A stretch of 64,000 bases of DNA from Selaginella moellendorffii (lineage: Eukaryota > Plantae > Lycopodiophyta), in assembly GCF_000143415.4 (NCBI RefSeq), contig NW_003314326.1, positions 434,001-498,000 of the forward strand, written 5' to 3'. The notes beneath the pieces were generated by a model. The model saw only the letters and a list, made by a program, of their open reading frames with translations. It had not been told where the DNA came from and ran no database searches. Numbering within the stretch: the stretch's first letter is position 1; each line of letters starts with the position of its first letter. The position numbers and the translations under genes are program-made. This document shows, piece after piece, positions 47,665 through 61,341 of the stretch.

Positions 47665-48105
47665 TGTAAGCCCTTGAATTTGGACTTCCCAAGATGTCAC
47701 CCATCTCAATATTATTCAAACCCAAGGACATTTAATCCCAAATATCTCAATGCTTTTAATTGATTAGAAAAAGGGATACACTTCTATTCATTAACCTTTT
47801 TACTTTATATTTAAACTCTATTGAATTATTTTTCAAGCCGTTCTCTTTGATGATTTATAATTCACTTTGTGATGGATTATAAGCAACCATACTTCTTTGC
47901 AAGTGCATGCCTTTATGAACAAAAGTTGAGAGTTTAGCCAGACCACTATTCAATATATGGTGCAATTCCCTTGGTTAGACCTAAGACCCCTTTGATACTA
48001 AATATAAACTCTTGAATTTGGACTTTTTGAAAAGTTATTTAGTTTAGTATTATTCAAACCTAAGAACATTTAACTTCAAATATCCCAAAACTCTTAATTG
48101 ATTAG
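47665..48105 (-). mobile_element. Second Cassandra-like TRIM, inverted (partial LTR, PBS, internal domain, LTR)
   Basis: Reverse-complement homology to 47010-47397, including GGACTTCCC..GTCACCCA..TATTATTCAAACCCAAGGACA. Confidence 0.75.
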
Positions 48106-49027
48106 AAGTGAGCTTATTGTGGTTCGATTAAATTCGAGTAATCATTTAGTTTATGCTTGTTTATGTTTCTATATCTTGTACTTGGGGTATTACCTTTATG
48201 TTGGACAAGTATATGATTCGATGATATGAGTTTAGTGTTTGGGTCTTTTGAATGTAAGTTGAAGAGTGATTATTAGTTACTTTATAACTAATGATTGTTT
48301 GTAGACTTCATAGAAGATTTTTGATACTTATTTTGCTCGATGATGATTTAGTAATAATAGATTTGTTTTACTAGATAATGTTATGGAGGATTGTGTTGTT
48401 AAACTTACATGATTTTTCTATGTTAGCATATCGACTTTACCTTTGTCAATATCATTTAGTTGAGTTTAGTCTGTAGTGTTGGATTATATTGAGTCTTGGA
48501 TGTGGTGAATCATTCTTTGATGATGTATTATCTATAATTGAGTTTTATTAAAGGTTTAGTCTCGGATATTGACTAATGTATTTTTGACTTTGGTTAGCTT
48601 GGTTGCTAAAGAGCTTTGAGTGGTGATTCACTCTTTCTTTCTTCTAGCTTTGTTGTAGTGTTGATAGAATAGAAGTGATGTTTTGTTATTGACATTATTA
48701 ACATTGAGATTGGAGTGGAATGAGATATCTCCCCATAAAATTGATATTAAGTTTCATTAGTCTTGATGCAAATAGTGTTGATGATTTAGTTGTAGCTTGT
48801 GTTATTGGCATTTGTGCAATTGCTAGTTAGTAGCTATATTGCCATTCAAATAAGTTGAGTAGTAAGTTGAGTTAGTTGTGTTCTAGATAAGATTTTTTAG
48901 TAAGTTGAGCTTTAAGCTTTTCCTTGAAAAGTGATTCAATCATTAACTATGTTAACTTCACAAGAGGAAAAGTTGGTGATTAATATTGAAGATGTTAATT
49001 CCTTATTGGATTTGAGTTAAGATATAT

Positions 49028-50252
49028 CGATCATTAATAATTTCTTTCCACCTACATCGCAGTCCCATCTCTCAAAGATTGGGGCATCTGTCCATGAGTG
49101 ACCATCCTAGATCCACTCCTTAGCATCTTTAAGATGCCTGCAAACATGGGGAATAACCTTCCCCAATATCTCTTTTACAGTCCCCACTAAGCCCTTTTTC
49201 TGTCCATAGCCATGTTCGCTAACATTGCCTTTAGGACAAGGCCTACAGGCCCAACCACTAGGAGTGGTCCTTTGGTGTAGTGACCAAGGATACGATCATG
49301 TGGTGAGGAAGTCCCAGAGGATAATGGGACTCCTTTCCATTGTCTAGGGCTTTAAGACAACATTTTGGAACACCGTGGCCCTATGCTAGCATCTTGGGTA
49401 CTCTCCCCACCTTCCGCCTTTGGGTGCTCTAGCCATGGGCTTAGAGTAAGGTTCCGTTGAGCCATGCCGGGTATCCAAGTAGGTAGTGCTACCCATGCTT
49501 GGACTGAGAGCATCGACCATTCGATCTCCCGGGGGAACTAAAGTCGGCTCTTGAACACTTCACCAAGCTACCCCGCTTGTCAATTCGTATTCATTCTAGC
49601 CTTGGACTTCCTAGTGGCTATCTCATCACCCAATAACTGAGTATAGCCTTTCTGGGCCAAACTAGCCTTTCCTGGCCAAATTGACTCCATTAGGATCCAA
49701 CCCCCACACTCTCCCTACTATACTTTTGGAACCCCCTACAACCCCCCCTAGGGGACGATCGCTTTAGGCTTCCACCCAACAGCCTATATTAGTATTTGGA
49801 CTCGGACTCGGACTCGGTCTCAAACTCAGTCTCGGTCTCGGTCTCAGTCTCAGTCTCGGTCTTGGCCTCGGACTTGGATTCGGTCTCAATCTCGGCCTTG
49901 GTCTCTATTCCATCTCAGACTCCATCTTGGCTCCATCTCGAACTCCATCTCGGGTCCATCTCGGACTCATCTCGGATTCTATCTCGGACTCCTTCTCGGA
50001 CTCCATCTCGGACTCCATCTCAGACACTTCCATGTGTCATGTGTTGGTCTTCTTGTGCCCCTTTTCTAGAGACTCACTTATTGCTCACTTTGTGCTTGTT
50101 CTTCGAGCACTTCGTTAAGAGTTCCACTCTCTCGACCTTTTAAGTTGGAGCTTTTAGTCCAAACATGTTACGCTCATTTGGCTTTCGCTTCGGCCACTAC
50201 CACGTGGCACCCTTTCGGCTCCACTTTGGGGCTTAGGGATTTGTGTCTTACA
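49028..50252 (-). mobile_element. Truncated LTR of the minisatellite-bearing LTR family
   Basis: Reverse complement of about 51075-52315. The 5' end reads TGTAAGACACAAATCCCTAAGCCCCAAAG; the GGACTCCATCTC array is at 49800-50025. Confidence 0.88.
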
Positions 50253-51309
50253 TATAGGTAGATTGGCTTTAAAACTTCATATGCATGGTAAAATCTTTAG
50301 TCATGGGGTAGCTACTATAGATTAGTCACATCACTTGCCTTTCCGTCAATGTCCCTTATTTCATTTAAAGGGTGTGACTATGTAAACAACTCTAACTATT
50401 TGTTTATAGTAATTTATCAAAACCTGACCGATGGGTTTGGTTTGTTTGCTCATGAAAGTTGGGGCCTTTAGCTTCTCTCTCTATATCACCTGTAGGTAGG
50501 GGCATATCATCTTTTATACACCTAGAGTAGTAAGGGTGGTTAACTCCGTTGGTAATTTCATTGTCAATGATGGCTAGAAGGTGTCTGAGTTGTAGTACAT
50601 TTGTGTTAGACAGAGAGGTTACCCTAACTCATTTAAGTTGATGCATTTCTCACAAAATATGAACACCATAAAATTTTTCTAGAGTTGTTTCCTTGGTAGT
50701 GTTCTAGACTAGAGTATGCATCGATGAGGATGTTCATCTTCCCTAAGAGGGAAGAGTGTCACAAATATGACTGCAAGTATCTAAAATTACTTATTAATGA
50801 GTCCTTTCAAATATTATTTCTTTACTGCCATGACGGCAAGAAGTTGGTATTGGTAGACCCTTTATCAATCTCCACCCAAGTTAGTTGAGAAACTAGTCAT
50901 CATATATATACTTATGTTGAATAAACATAAGGTAGAAACTCCCTATGTGTTTCTATAGGTAGGGTTCCAAATATATAGTATATAGTAGGGATAGTGGGTA
51001 GGTTGGGTATGGCCGACACACTTGAGGCATAGTCAAACTCCTGTTTGTATGTTTGTCCTTATTCTCCATCCGCTTGTGAGACACAAAATCCCTAGGCCCC
51101 AAAGTGGAGCCGAAAGGGTGCCATGTGGTAGTGGCCGAAGCGAAAGCTAAACGAGCGTAACACATTTGGACTAAAAGCTCCGACTTGATAGGTCGAGAGT
51201 GGGAGTGGAACTCCTAACAAAGTGCTCGAGGAATAAGCACGAAGTGAGCAATAAGCAAGGCTCTAAAAAAGGGACCCAAAAGGATGAACACATGACACGT
51301 GGGAGTGTT

Positions 51310-51760
51310 TGAGATGGAGTCCGAGATGGACCCGAGATGGAGTTTGAGATGGACCGAGACGGAGTCCGAGATGGACTCGAGATGGAGTCCGAGATGGACC
51401 TGAGATGGAGTCCGAGATGGACTCGAGATGGAGTCCGAGATGGACCTGAGATGGAGTCTGAGATGGATCCGAGTTGGAGTCCGAGGTAGATCCGAGGTGG
51501 AGTCCGAGATGGACCCGAGATGGAGTCCAAGATGGATCCGAGATGGACCCGAGATGGAGTCCGAGATGGACCCGAGATGGACCCGAGATGGAGTCTGAGA
51601 TGGAGACCGAGATGGAGTCCGAGATGGACCCGAGATGGAGTCTGAGATGGAGTCCGAGATGGAATCCGAGATGGAGCCCGAGATGGAGTCCGAAATGGAA
51701 CCGAGACTGAGACTGAGTCCGAGTCCGAAACTGGGACCGAGACCGAGTCCGAGTCTGAGT
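51310..51760 (+). repeat. 11/12-bp minisatellite (GAGATGGAGTCC / GAGATGGACCC) in the 5' LTR
   Basis: Directly visible tandem array. Confidence 0.95.
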
Positions 51761-54700
51761 TCGAATACTAATACAGGCTGTTGGGTGAAAGCCCAAAGCG
51801 ATCGTCCCTCAGGGGGGGGGGCCTATGGGGGGTTCCAAAAGTATAGTAGGGAGAGTGTGGGGGTTGGTGGCACTACCTACTTGGATACCTGGCATGGCTT
51901 AACGAAACCTCACTCTAATCCCATGGTTAGAGCACCCAAAGGCGGAAGGTGGGGAGAGTACCCACGAGGCTCGCGTAAGGCCACGGTGTTCCAAAATGTT
52001 GTCCCAAAGTCCCAGACTATGAAAAGGAAGAGGAGCTGTCCTCTAATGTAGAGACCAGGGATATGGTCATGTGAGGGGGAAGTCCTAGAGGACCGTGGGA
52101 CTTAGTGGTCGGGCTTGTGGGCCTTGATGCAGTAGTAGTGTTGGCAAATACGACCATGGACGGAAAGGGACTTGATGAGGACTGGAAAAGGGATATTGGG
52201 GAAGGCTAATCCCTATGTCTATGAGCATCCTAAGGATGCTAAGGAGTGGATCTAAAATGATCACTCATGGATAAATGGCCCAGTTCTTGAGAGACGGGAT
52301 TGTGATGTAGGTGGTGTTAGACCACCGGTGTGACCAAGGTGAAGGGGCATATCCTTAGCGTAACAGGCTGATATGTCGATGGTACCTTGGGGTGTCGATC
52401 ATGGGATCAGACACGTGGAGCACTTGGACCAAGTGCAAAGGTTGAGTGGCGGGGATGTCATTCTCAGGGTTAGCAAGCCCAAGTCCGAAATAAGACTTAT
52501 GGAGGTTGTGAAAGAGACTCCTCCAAGTGGTCGAAGGTGTGGTTAAGTGACTAAAGTAGAATGGAAAATTTAGTCGCTTACAACTTGGTATCGAAGCTGT
52601 TCCTTAGTCCGACTTTTATTGGTGCTCAAGTATATCACCATTGATGTTGGCATTGGAAGGTTCTAGGAGTGGGCCTATCCTTGAAGAGTAGCATGTCGAA
52701 AGAACATGGCTCTCCACTCAAGTTCATGCATGAACTTGGGCGCAATGTGGTGGATAGAAAAGGGCCAGTAAGGGAACGACTTTGGGATCTTGGGAACAGT
52801 ATAGTTCCTCAGAGAGTTGAGGATGTGATCCAGATGAGCGTTTGACTTAGCAAACTGGCTGATGTAGATATGGTAAACAACTATAGTTGGGATCACGGGA
52901 AAGATGCGGACTCCAAAACAATAAAGGAGTCACAAGATTACCCTTATATAGTTGAGGCTGGTACTCATAAATTTGAGACCGGAATTGATGACTGTGGAAG
53001 GTCAAATACAGAAGAGGACACCAGTCCTTGAAATGGTAGCCGGGGCTACCTCTAATAAATGCTGGAACAACCCAAAGAGTTGGGGGTGTACTTAAAGATG
53101 AGTTGCTATTCTCATCACATGGACAAGTAGTCCTAAGGGGCAAAGGTTAGCCCTAAGAAAACCATCAACTGTCGGAGTAACACTTGCAAGGATGGTCCTT
53201 GTGAGTAGGACATGAATATAAGAAGTTGTATTCCAGCGAGTTGACACCTCGAAAACTAAGACCTTGCAGGTTGTTGGATTAGCAAAGTCCAAAATGCTGG
53301 ATGACTCAAGTGGAGTCAGGGAATGGTTCTAAGGGATTAGTTGAAGCATTTGGATTGAGGTGTATGGTGCCCCATGAGGTATGGGGAGGATCATAAGATC
53401 CAAGTATGAAAACAGTAGGTATCTCATTGATGGCAGAATGTGCCATACTAAAGTTGTGGGAAAGATGTTCCCAGAAGAAAGCAACTTTGGCCCAGAGTTG
53501 GGTGCAAACACTATGGTGCGGTGCTAACGGATAGTTAGCATAAGGAACAGTTATATTGGTCTTGGCAAAGACCTAGACACTAATAAGTAGTGTCATAAGG
53601 ATAGGCTCGTGGGGCTAATGGTGTGGAGACACCAAATGTGCCAAGGTGTGATACCTTGAGGTTATGTTGGTGGGTTCATAAGAACCCCTTGCCAAGGGAA
53701 TCCCAATGGAAATGGGAATGGCATAACCTATACTAGAAGGCAGGTGGTAGAGTGTGGTGACCAAAACAATGATGGAGGTGTGGAAGCACTAGCAATGAGT
53801 TGTAGTACTTGACAAATATGAGGCAACTAAGCAAAAGGTGCAAAATAATTGGTTAAACTGGTAAAAGGTAGCTACCTAAAACTTTTTAATGGCATAAAGA
53901 AGTTAAATATACCCCTATGGGGGATAAATTGCTTATGTTTATGATATAGTGAGTCAATGTCGTAAAAGAGAATGCTCATTATCAAAGATGCCATCATTTG
54001 GGACATCCAAACACTCTAGAACACCAGGAGGTGGTGTTTGATGTCGCGAGGGCAATAGATAAGGCCCAAGGGACTAAGTCCCTAACAAATGATGGATAGA
54101 AGGTGCTATCCAAATGTCCAAGGTTGCAGAGATGGGAGAAGACTATCTACACAAATTGGACAAAGCCAAAAATAGAATTTTGGCAAGGCTAGTGAGGGGT
54201 ATATAAGGGCCCATAAGCAATAACGTTAATCCCGGTGTGTGGGATTATAAGGTGAGCATACCTAGATTAAGGAACCACTCCCTAGGCTATCGGGTCAGTT
54301 CATCCCTAAGAATACTTGCTAAGGCATGATAGAAAGTGCAAAGCTATCCTCCTAGTCTGGAGGAGAATGACCGAAGGAAAGGTGTGAAGCTAAAAAGCAA
54401 GTAATAAGGGGATAAAACCAAACCATAGGAATCAAAGGGCATAACCAAAGGTGGTTATGCCAGTTGAGAGTGGAGAATCAAGTGGGGGCTCGAGGGTGTT
54501 GTTGCTAACAATCGTGATGTCATGGAGAGTCTAAAATATGGAATTGTCCATGTTAGACTATATGGCAACTAGAAAGCTTGTAAAAAAAGAGGCCTTAGTA
54601 AGCTAAGGCACAGAGTTCTTTCAAAGTTCCCAAAGACAATTCTAGATAGCTTAATACCTAGAAAGCCAAGCGTAAATGGTTCCTAGAGCGCGTGAAATGA

Positions 54701-56867
54701 GAGTAGCACAGCAGAAGCGTGGTGTTGAAGCTGGCTATGAGGCGAGGCTATCAAGGTTGGGGAAATGATTCCCGAGTGTTCAAAGAAAGGGCTTTGAACG
54801 AAAGTCGATGGTTAAGGACTTTCACACTTATGCATGAACCATGTTACGGTGTCCAGATGACTTGCTAAGTGAGATTGGCAAGTCAGGGGGACAAATCCCC
54901 TAGTTGAAGGTGCTAACTTCAAAAGGGGTGGCCCATGGGGCCGAGCATGGAGGAGTCCATGCATGATCACAGACTTGTCAAGTGAGAGGACTTGGCAGTG
55001 CGGAGGAACTAGGTTCCTAAGCTATGATCTATAGTGCGCTTTGACTATAAGTTGGTGCACCGGCGTGGGGAGTCACGCCAGGCATCTTGGATGATGCCTT
55101 CCGTAGATGCATATACGGAGGTTGGGTTTTCTAGTGCTTGGGTTCGAGTCCCAAATCACTAGGGCGTGGTGATGGTTTGGAATATGAGGACACTCATATT
55201 TCAGTGGTCATGGACTCTCAGTGAGGAGACTGGCTTGGGCACACTGCCAAGCGAGGGATGCCCCAGAGTCGTGATGCATGGTTAGATTGCTTAGAGTGAA
55301 AGCTCGACATATCAAACTTAAACACTTTGGTGCAAAGGGCACCAAGGACGTGGTGAATGTGATGGGGACACCCAGTCTCAGTTGCTATGGATCCTTGGCC
55401 GGAAGAGCTGGCTTGGGCGCACCACCAAGTGTGGGGGATGCCCCCGGGGTCATAATTAACAGCTTAGAAGGGTCTGGAAGACCTAGTTCCTATTAGTAGA
55501 CCTATTAAGGGGTCAAGATGAGATCACTAGGTGATCTTGTGGCTAAACAAGGACAAAGTATTTGTTTAGGTTAAGGAATATGATTCCTAGTTCAAAGTGT
55601 TGATTTAAACTATTGATAATGGTGTGGCTTGGTTAAGATGACCAAGTGGGAAGAACACCTAAGGGAAATGAGCTATGTCAATGCTATGGCATAGTGAATT
55701 TGAGGAAAGTAGTCTCTATAAGAGATCCAAGGGAGGGTCTCAAAAGTTGGGCTGTAGATAGAGCCCATAGCAGAAAATGTTAAAAAGATGTACTAGGGGT
55801 GAACACCCTCTAGACTTGGCAAAGAAAAGTGTTTGCTATGGAACTGAAAGGAAACCTCGAAAATGGAAGTAACGATCCTATATTGTTAGGTGCAACAATC
55901 AAAGATAGGAGCAAAAGACTAGTGGCTAAGAAAAGAGCCATAGGAATCATGGGAAAGAATCCAAATGGCAAAGTTAGGCCGAGAACACTAATGTGTTGGG
56001 TGCTAATGAATTGTGGGAAAGGCAATGTTTCCCCAAGGGTGGATTCCCAACCGCTCCGATTTGGCGAAAGTGGATGCTCCAAAGGGGGGAGCAGTAAGGT
56101 AGCCAAATAATAGGGCCGTGGGCAACCCTAGCACCAATTATGATAACTGGAACTTAGTGCCAAAGGTGGCACGATATTGAACAGAGGATGATGGTACCCT
56201 CAAGTAAAGAACTTCTTAGGATAGGGAAGTGGAGTTGCACCATGTGCAACGTAAGGTGTCGGAGACACATAGGAAATTGACTTTGAGAAGTCAAAATTAA
56301 AAGTTCTAAAGTGCAAAGGTTATGTCAATGGAATCTGAGACTACTCGAGAATGAGTAGTGGAATTGAGTTAGAGAGGGTGTCTCTAACGGGTTTAGCAAG
56401 AACTGAACCAATAAAATGGAGCAAACCACCCCAGGTGGTCGAGTGAGTCTCTATGTTAGAGAGACTATACTCCTTAGAGGATGGACAAGGTATGGTGAGC
56501 CTTCGGGGTCAAACCATAGACAAATATTAGTTGGGTGTCAAGGATGGAAATGGTAATACTTGCGGGTGTTACTTTATAAAAGGGTTTGCCGTTCGATGAG
56601 GACATCGAACTTCGTCTATGGGTGGTGGAGTTGTGAGACACAAAATCCCTAGGCCCCAAAGTGGAGCCGGAAGGGCGCCACGTGGTAGTGGCCGAAGCGA
56701 AAGCCAAACAACCGTAACACGTTTGGACTAAAAGCTCCGACTTGATAGGTCGAGAGCGGGAGTGGAACTCCCAACAAAGTGCTCGAGGAATGAGCACGAA
56801 GTGAGCAATAAGCGAGGCTCTAAAAAAGGGACCCAAAAGGATGAACACATGACACGTGGGAATGTCT

Positions 56868-57338
56868 GAGATGGAGTCCGAGATGGACCCAAGATGGAGT
56901 CTGAGATGGACCCGAGATGGAGTCCGAGATGGACCTGAGATGGACCCGAGATGGAGTCCGAGATGGACCCGAGTTGGAGTCCGAGGTAGATCCGAGGTGG
57001 AGTCCGAAGTAGATCCGAGGTGGAGTCCGAGATGGACCCGAGATGGAGTCCGAGATGGATCCGAGATGGAGTTTGAGATGGACTCGAGATGGAGTCCGAG
57101 ATGGACCTGAGATGGAGTCCGAGATGGACCCAAGATGGAGTCCGAGATAGACCCAAGTTGGAGTCCGAGGTAGATCCGAGGTGGAGTTTGAGGTAGATCC
57201 GAGGTGTAATCCGAGATGGACCCGAGATGGAGTCCAAGATGGAGTCTGAGATGGACCCAAGATGGAGTCCGAGATGGATCCGAGATGGGCTCGAGATGGA
57301 GTCTGAGATGGAGTCCAAGATGGAGTCGAGATGAGTCA
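56868..57338 (+). repeat. 11/12-bp minisatellite in the 3' LTR, running into a gap
   Basis: Directly visible tandem array, followed by the N gap at 57340-57635. Confidence 0.95.
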
Positions 57339-58759
57339 ANNNNNNNNNNNNNNNNNNNNNNNNNNNNNNNNNNNNNNNNNNNNNNNNNNNNNNNNNNNNN
57401 NNNNNNNNNNNNNNNNNNNNNNNNNNNNNNNNNNNNNNNNNNNNNNNNNNNNNNNNNNNNNNNNNNNNNNNNNNNNNNNNNNNNNNNNNNNNNNNNNNNN
57501 NNNNNNNNNNNNNNNNNNNNNNNNNNNNNNNNNNNNNNNNNNNNNNNNNNNNNNNNNNNNNNNNNNNNNNNNNNNNNNNNNNNNNNNNNNNNNNNNNNNN
57601 NNNNNNNNNNNNNNNNNNNNNNNNNNNNNNNNNNNGGCTCGCATAAGGCCACGGTATTCCAAGATGTTGCCCAAAAGTCCTAGACTGTGAAAAGGAAGAG
57701 GACCTGTCCTCTAGTGTAGAGACCAGGGATATGGTCATGTGAGGGGGAAGTCCCAAAGGACCATGGGACTTAGTGGTCGGGCTTGATCCAGTAGTAGTGT
57801 TGGCGAACACGGCCATGGACGAAAAGGGACCTGATGAGGACTGGAAAAGGGATATTGGGGAAGGCTAATTCCCATGTCTGTGGGCATCCTAAGGATGCTA
57901 AGGAGTGGATCTGGAATGATCACTCATGGACAGATGGCCCAGTTCTTGAGAGACAGGACTGTGATGTAGATGGTGTTAGACCACCGGTGTGACTAAGGTG
58001 AAGGGGCATATCTTTAGCGTAACAGGCTGATATGTCGATGGTACCTTGGGGTGTCGGTCATGGGATTGGACACATGGAGCATTTGGACCAAGTGCAAAGG
58101 TTGAGTGGCGACGATGTCATTCTTGGGGTTAGCAAGCCCAAGTCTGAAATAGGACTTATGGAGGTTGTGAGAGAGACTCCTCCAAGTGGTCGGAGTTGTG
58201 GTTTAAGTGACTAAAGTAGAATGGAAAATTTAGTCGCTTACACTGCTTGGGTCTAAGTTTAAGTTCCACACCATGCTAGCTGGTGGAGTATCCATATCTT
58301 TGCATTAGACCACCAGTATACTAAAATTATGTTAGACTCCGTTTGGCTCCATTTTGCATATTGGTCCTAGCATTAGGATGCTGGAAACTCTAGGATTGTT
58401 CCAAGTCACTCTGTGCTCCTGTCCCTTTACTCATTGGGCTGAATGCTTAGGAGTTATTCCATGCTCCAGTTCCTTCACTCCTTAATTACAAGCTTGGGAG
58501 TTTGGCTTTATTCCTTTGTTCAATGGCCAAAGGCCTTAAAACTAAAGTTCTACTCCACTGTTTTTGTATATGTGGCACGTGGCATATGGCATGTGACATA
58601 TGGCATATGGAGGGTTTAAATTCTACTTCATAGTTATTCTATGGTAAATTACATTAGGATAAAGGGTGAAAACCACATACGCTACAGGATGCTCCAGAAT
58701 TACGATACACAATTAAATTACTTAGTATGAAAGTTTGGCATATCTAACTTAAACACTGT

Positions 58760-60911
58760 ACTGCAAGTGGCATTAAAGATGTGGTGAATGAGATAGAGAC
58801 ACTCAATCTCGGTTGCTATGGACCCCTAGCCAGAAGGGTTAGCTTAGGTGCATTGCCAAATGTAAGGGATGCTTCTAGAATTATGATCAACAACTTAAAG
58901 GTCTGGCAAACTTAATACCTATTGGTAAATACGTTAAGGTATCAATGTGAGATCATTAAGTAATCCTATGGCTAAAGAAAAACAAACTCCTTATTAGGTC
59001 AAGGAATAAAGTTTTTAGTTTAGAGTGTTGATTTGAACTATTAGTAATAGTGTGACTTAGTCAAAGAGACCAAATGGGAAAGACACATAGGTGAAATGAA
59101 TTATGATATTACAATGGTATTATAAGTTCAATAAATTAGTCTTTAAAGAAAGACCTATGGGAAGGTCACAAGGTTGCACTATAGATAAAGCCTCTAGTAG
59201 AAAATGATAAAGAGATTTATTAAAGATAAACACCCTCTAAATTTGGTAAAATAAAGCCTTTACTATGGAACCAAAAAAATACCTTAAGGATGGAGGTAAT
59301 GATCCTATATTACTTAGTGTAATAATCAAAGGATAAAAGAAAAGGATTAGTGACCAAGAATGGGTTAAAGAAATTATTGGAAGGAATCCAAATGATAAAT
59401 TATGTGAGGAACACCCATATAATGGATACTAATGGATTGTGAGAAAAGAAATATGTTATTAAGGATGGAATTTTTCAAATGCTTTAATGTGGTGAAGATG
59501 AAAGTTCTAAGAGATGGAACAACAAAGTAGCCAAATAATATAGATAGCCGTAATACAAATTATGGATGAATGAAAATTAATACCTATAGTGGCACAAAAT
59601 AAAAGAGAGGATGATGGTGCTTTTAAGTAAAAGACCTCTTAAGATATGAAAGTGGAGTTTGCGCAATATGTGCAATACAAGGTGTTAGAAATACCGAGAA
59701 AATTGACTCATGAAATCAATATGAAAGTTCCAAAGTATGATAGTTATGTTGATAGAGGTTGAGACTACTTTGGAATAAATAGTAAAATTGAGATAGAGAA
59801 GGTGTTTCTAAAGGGTTTAGCGAGAGGTAAACAAAAAAAAGAAGAAAACCACCATAAGTGATATTATGAGTCTCTAAGATGAAGAAACCATACTTCTTAG
59901 AGGATGGGAAAGGTATGGTGAGCCTTTGGTGGCAAACCTTTGACAAATATTAGTTTAGTGTCAAAGATGAAAATGGTAATCCATAATGGGGTTATTTTAT
60001 AAAAAGATTTATTGTTCAATGAGGATATTGAACTTCATCTATGGGTGGTGGAGTTGTAAGACATAAATTCTTAAGCCCCAAAGTAGAGCTGAAACTATGT
60101 TATATGGTAGTGATTAAAATGGAAGTTTAACAAGTGTAAAACATTGAAACCAAAAGCTCTGACTTGGGAAGTTAAGAACAGGAGTGGAACTCCAAATGAA
60201 GTGCTTGAGAAATAAGAAACAATTGATGAATGAATCTCTAAAAAAGGACACAAAAAGGATTAACACATGATAAGTGTCATGACACATGGTAAATGTCGTA
60301 ACACTTGGAAGTGTCAAAACCAAGTCCGAAATAGAGTTCGAGATGGAGTTTGAGATAAAGTCTGAGATGGAGTCCGAGATGGAGTCCAAGAAGGAATACA
60401 AGATGGAGACCGAGACTAGGTCTGAGATCAAGGCTAAGATTGAGACTGAGACCGAAACTGAGACAAAGATCAAGTCCAAATCTGAGTTTAAGTCTGATTA
60501 CTAATACAAGTCAAAAGGTGAAGGCCCAAAGTGATTGTCCCCCAAGGGGAGGGTGGGGCCTTGAAAGATTCTAAAAGTATAGTAAAGAGAATGTAAGGGT
60601 TGAATTCCAATGGAACCAATTTGTTCAAGAAAGGCTAGTGTGATCTAAAAAGGTTATACCCATATGATGGGTGATGATATAACTATTGAAGAATCCAAGG
60701 CTAAAGTGAACACAGACAAATAAATGAAGTAACTTAATAAAGTGTTTAAAAGCTCTAACTCCCTTAAAAGATCTAATGGTCAATTCTCCTAATCCAAGTG
60801 TAAATGGCATTATGTACTTGGATACCTAGTATGGCTCATTAGATTTTGTTTTAGCCACCTGGCTAGAGCATCCAAAAGCAGAAAGTGGGGGGAGTACCTA
60901 TGGAGGCTCAT
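58760..60911 (+). mobile_element. Older AT-drifted partial copy of the same LTR family (3' internal region, PPT, truncated LTR from 60055)
   Basis: Colinear with 55330-56870 and with the LTR, with many G>A and C>T changes. Confidence 0.85.
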
Positions 60912-61341
60912 TGTAACACATATGATTATAAGATGAGATTTGAATGTATTATCATTGTGGATTTTTGGAACTTTAATGAATAAATAGGGATTAAATAGCC
61001 ACTAAAAGCTCTTTTATCAAACCAATTGGCCATTTTTTAGNNNNNNNNNNNNNNNNNNNNNNNNNNNNNNNNNNNNNNNNNNNNNNNNNNNNNNNNNNNN
61101 NNNNNNNNNNNNNNNNNNNNNNNNNNNNNNNNNNNNNNNNATATGGACTGACAAGCGGGGTAGCTTGGTGAAGTGTTCTAAGAGCTGGCTTCTAGTTCCC
61201 TCGGGAGATCAACTGGTCAAGGCTCCCAGTCCAAGTGTGGGTGGCACTACCTAGTTGGATACCTAGCGTGGCTCAACGAAACCTCACTCTAAGCCCATGG
61301 CTAGAGCACCCAAAGGTGAAAGGCAAGGAGAGTACCTACAA

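Larger units (their letters stand above)
51075..58242 (+). mobile_element. Full-length non-autonomous LTR retroelement (LARD-like); LTRs 51075-52582 and 56632-58242
   Basis: Both LTRs run TGTGAG...CTTACA. PBS TGGTATCGAAGC (tRNA-iMet-like) at about 52586; PPT-like ATGGGTGGTGGAGT before 56632; TSD CCGCT/CTGCT. The 4 kb internal region has no long ORF. Confidence 0.9.
50757..58598 (+). mobile_element. Putative host LTR (TGTCAC...GTGACA) split by the 51075-58242 insertion
   Basis: PPT-like AAGAGGGAAGAG directly precedes TGTCAC at 50757. The matching GTGACA ends at 58598, giving about 670 bp once the insert is removed. Confidence 0.45.

Noticed and set aside
51171-57816. LGLHLGSISD/SRTPSRVH repeat ORFs, including the 392- and 362-aa ORFs through Ns
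   Set aside because: Translations of the same minisatellite and of the assembly gap.
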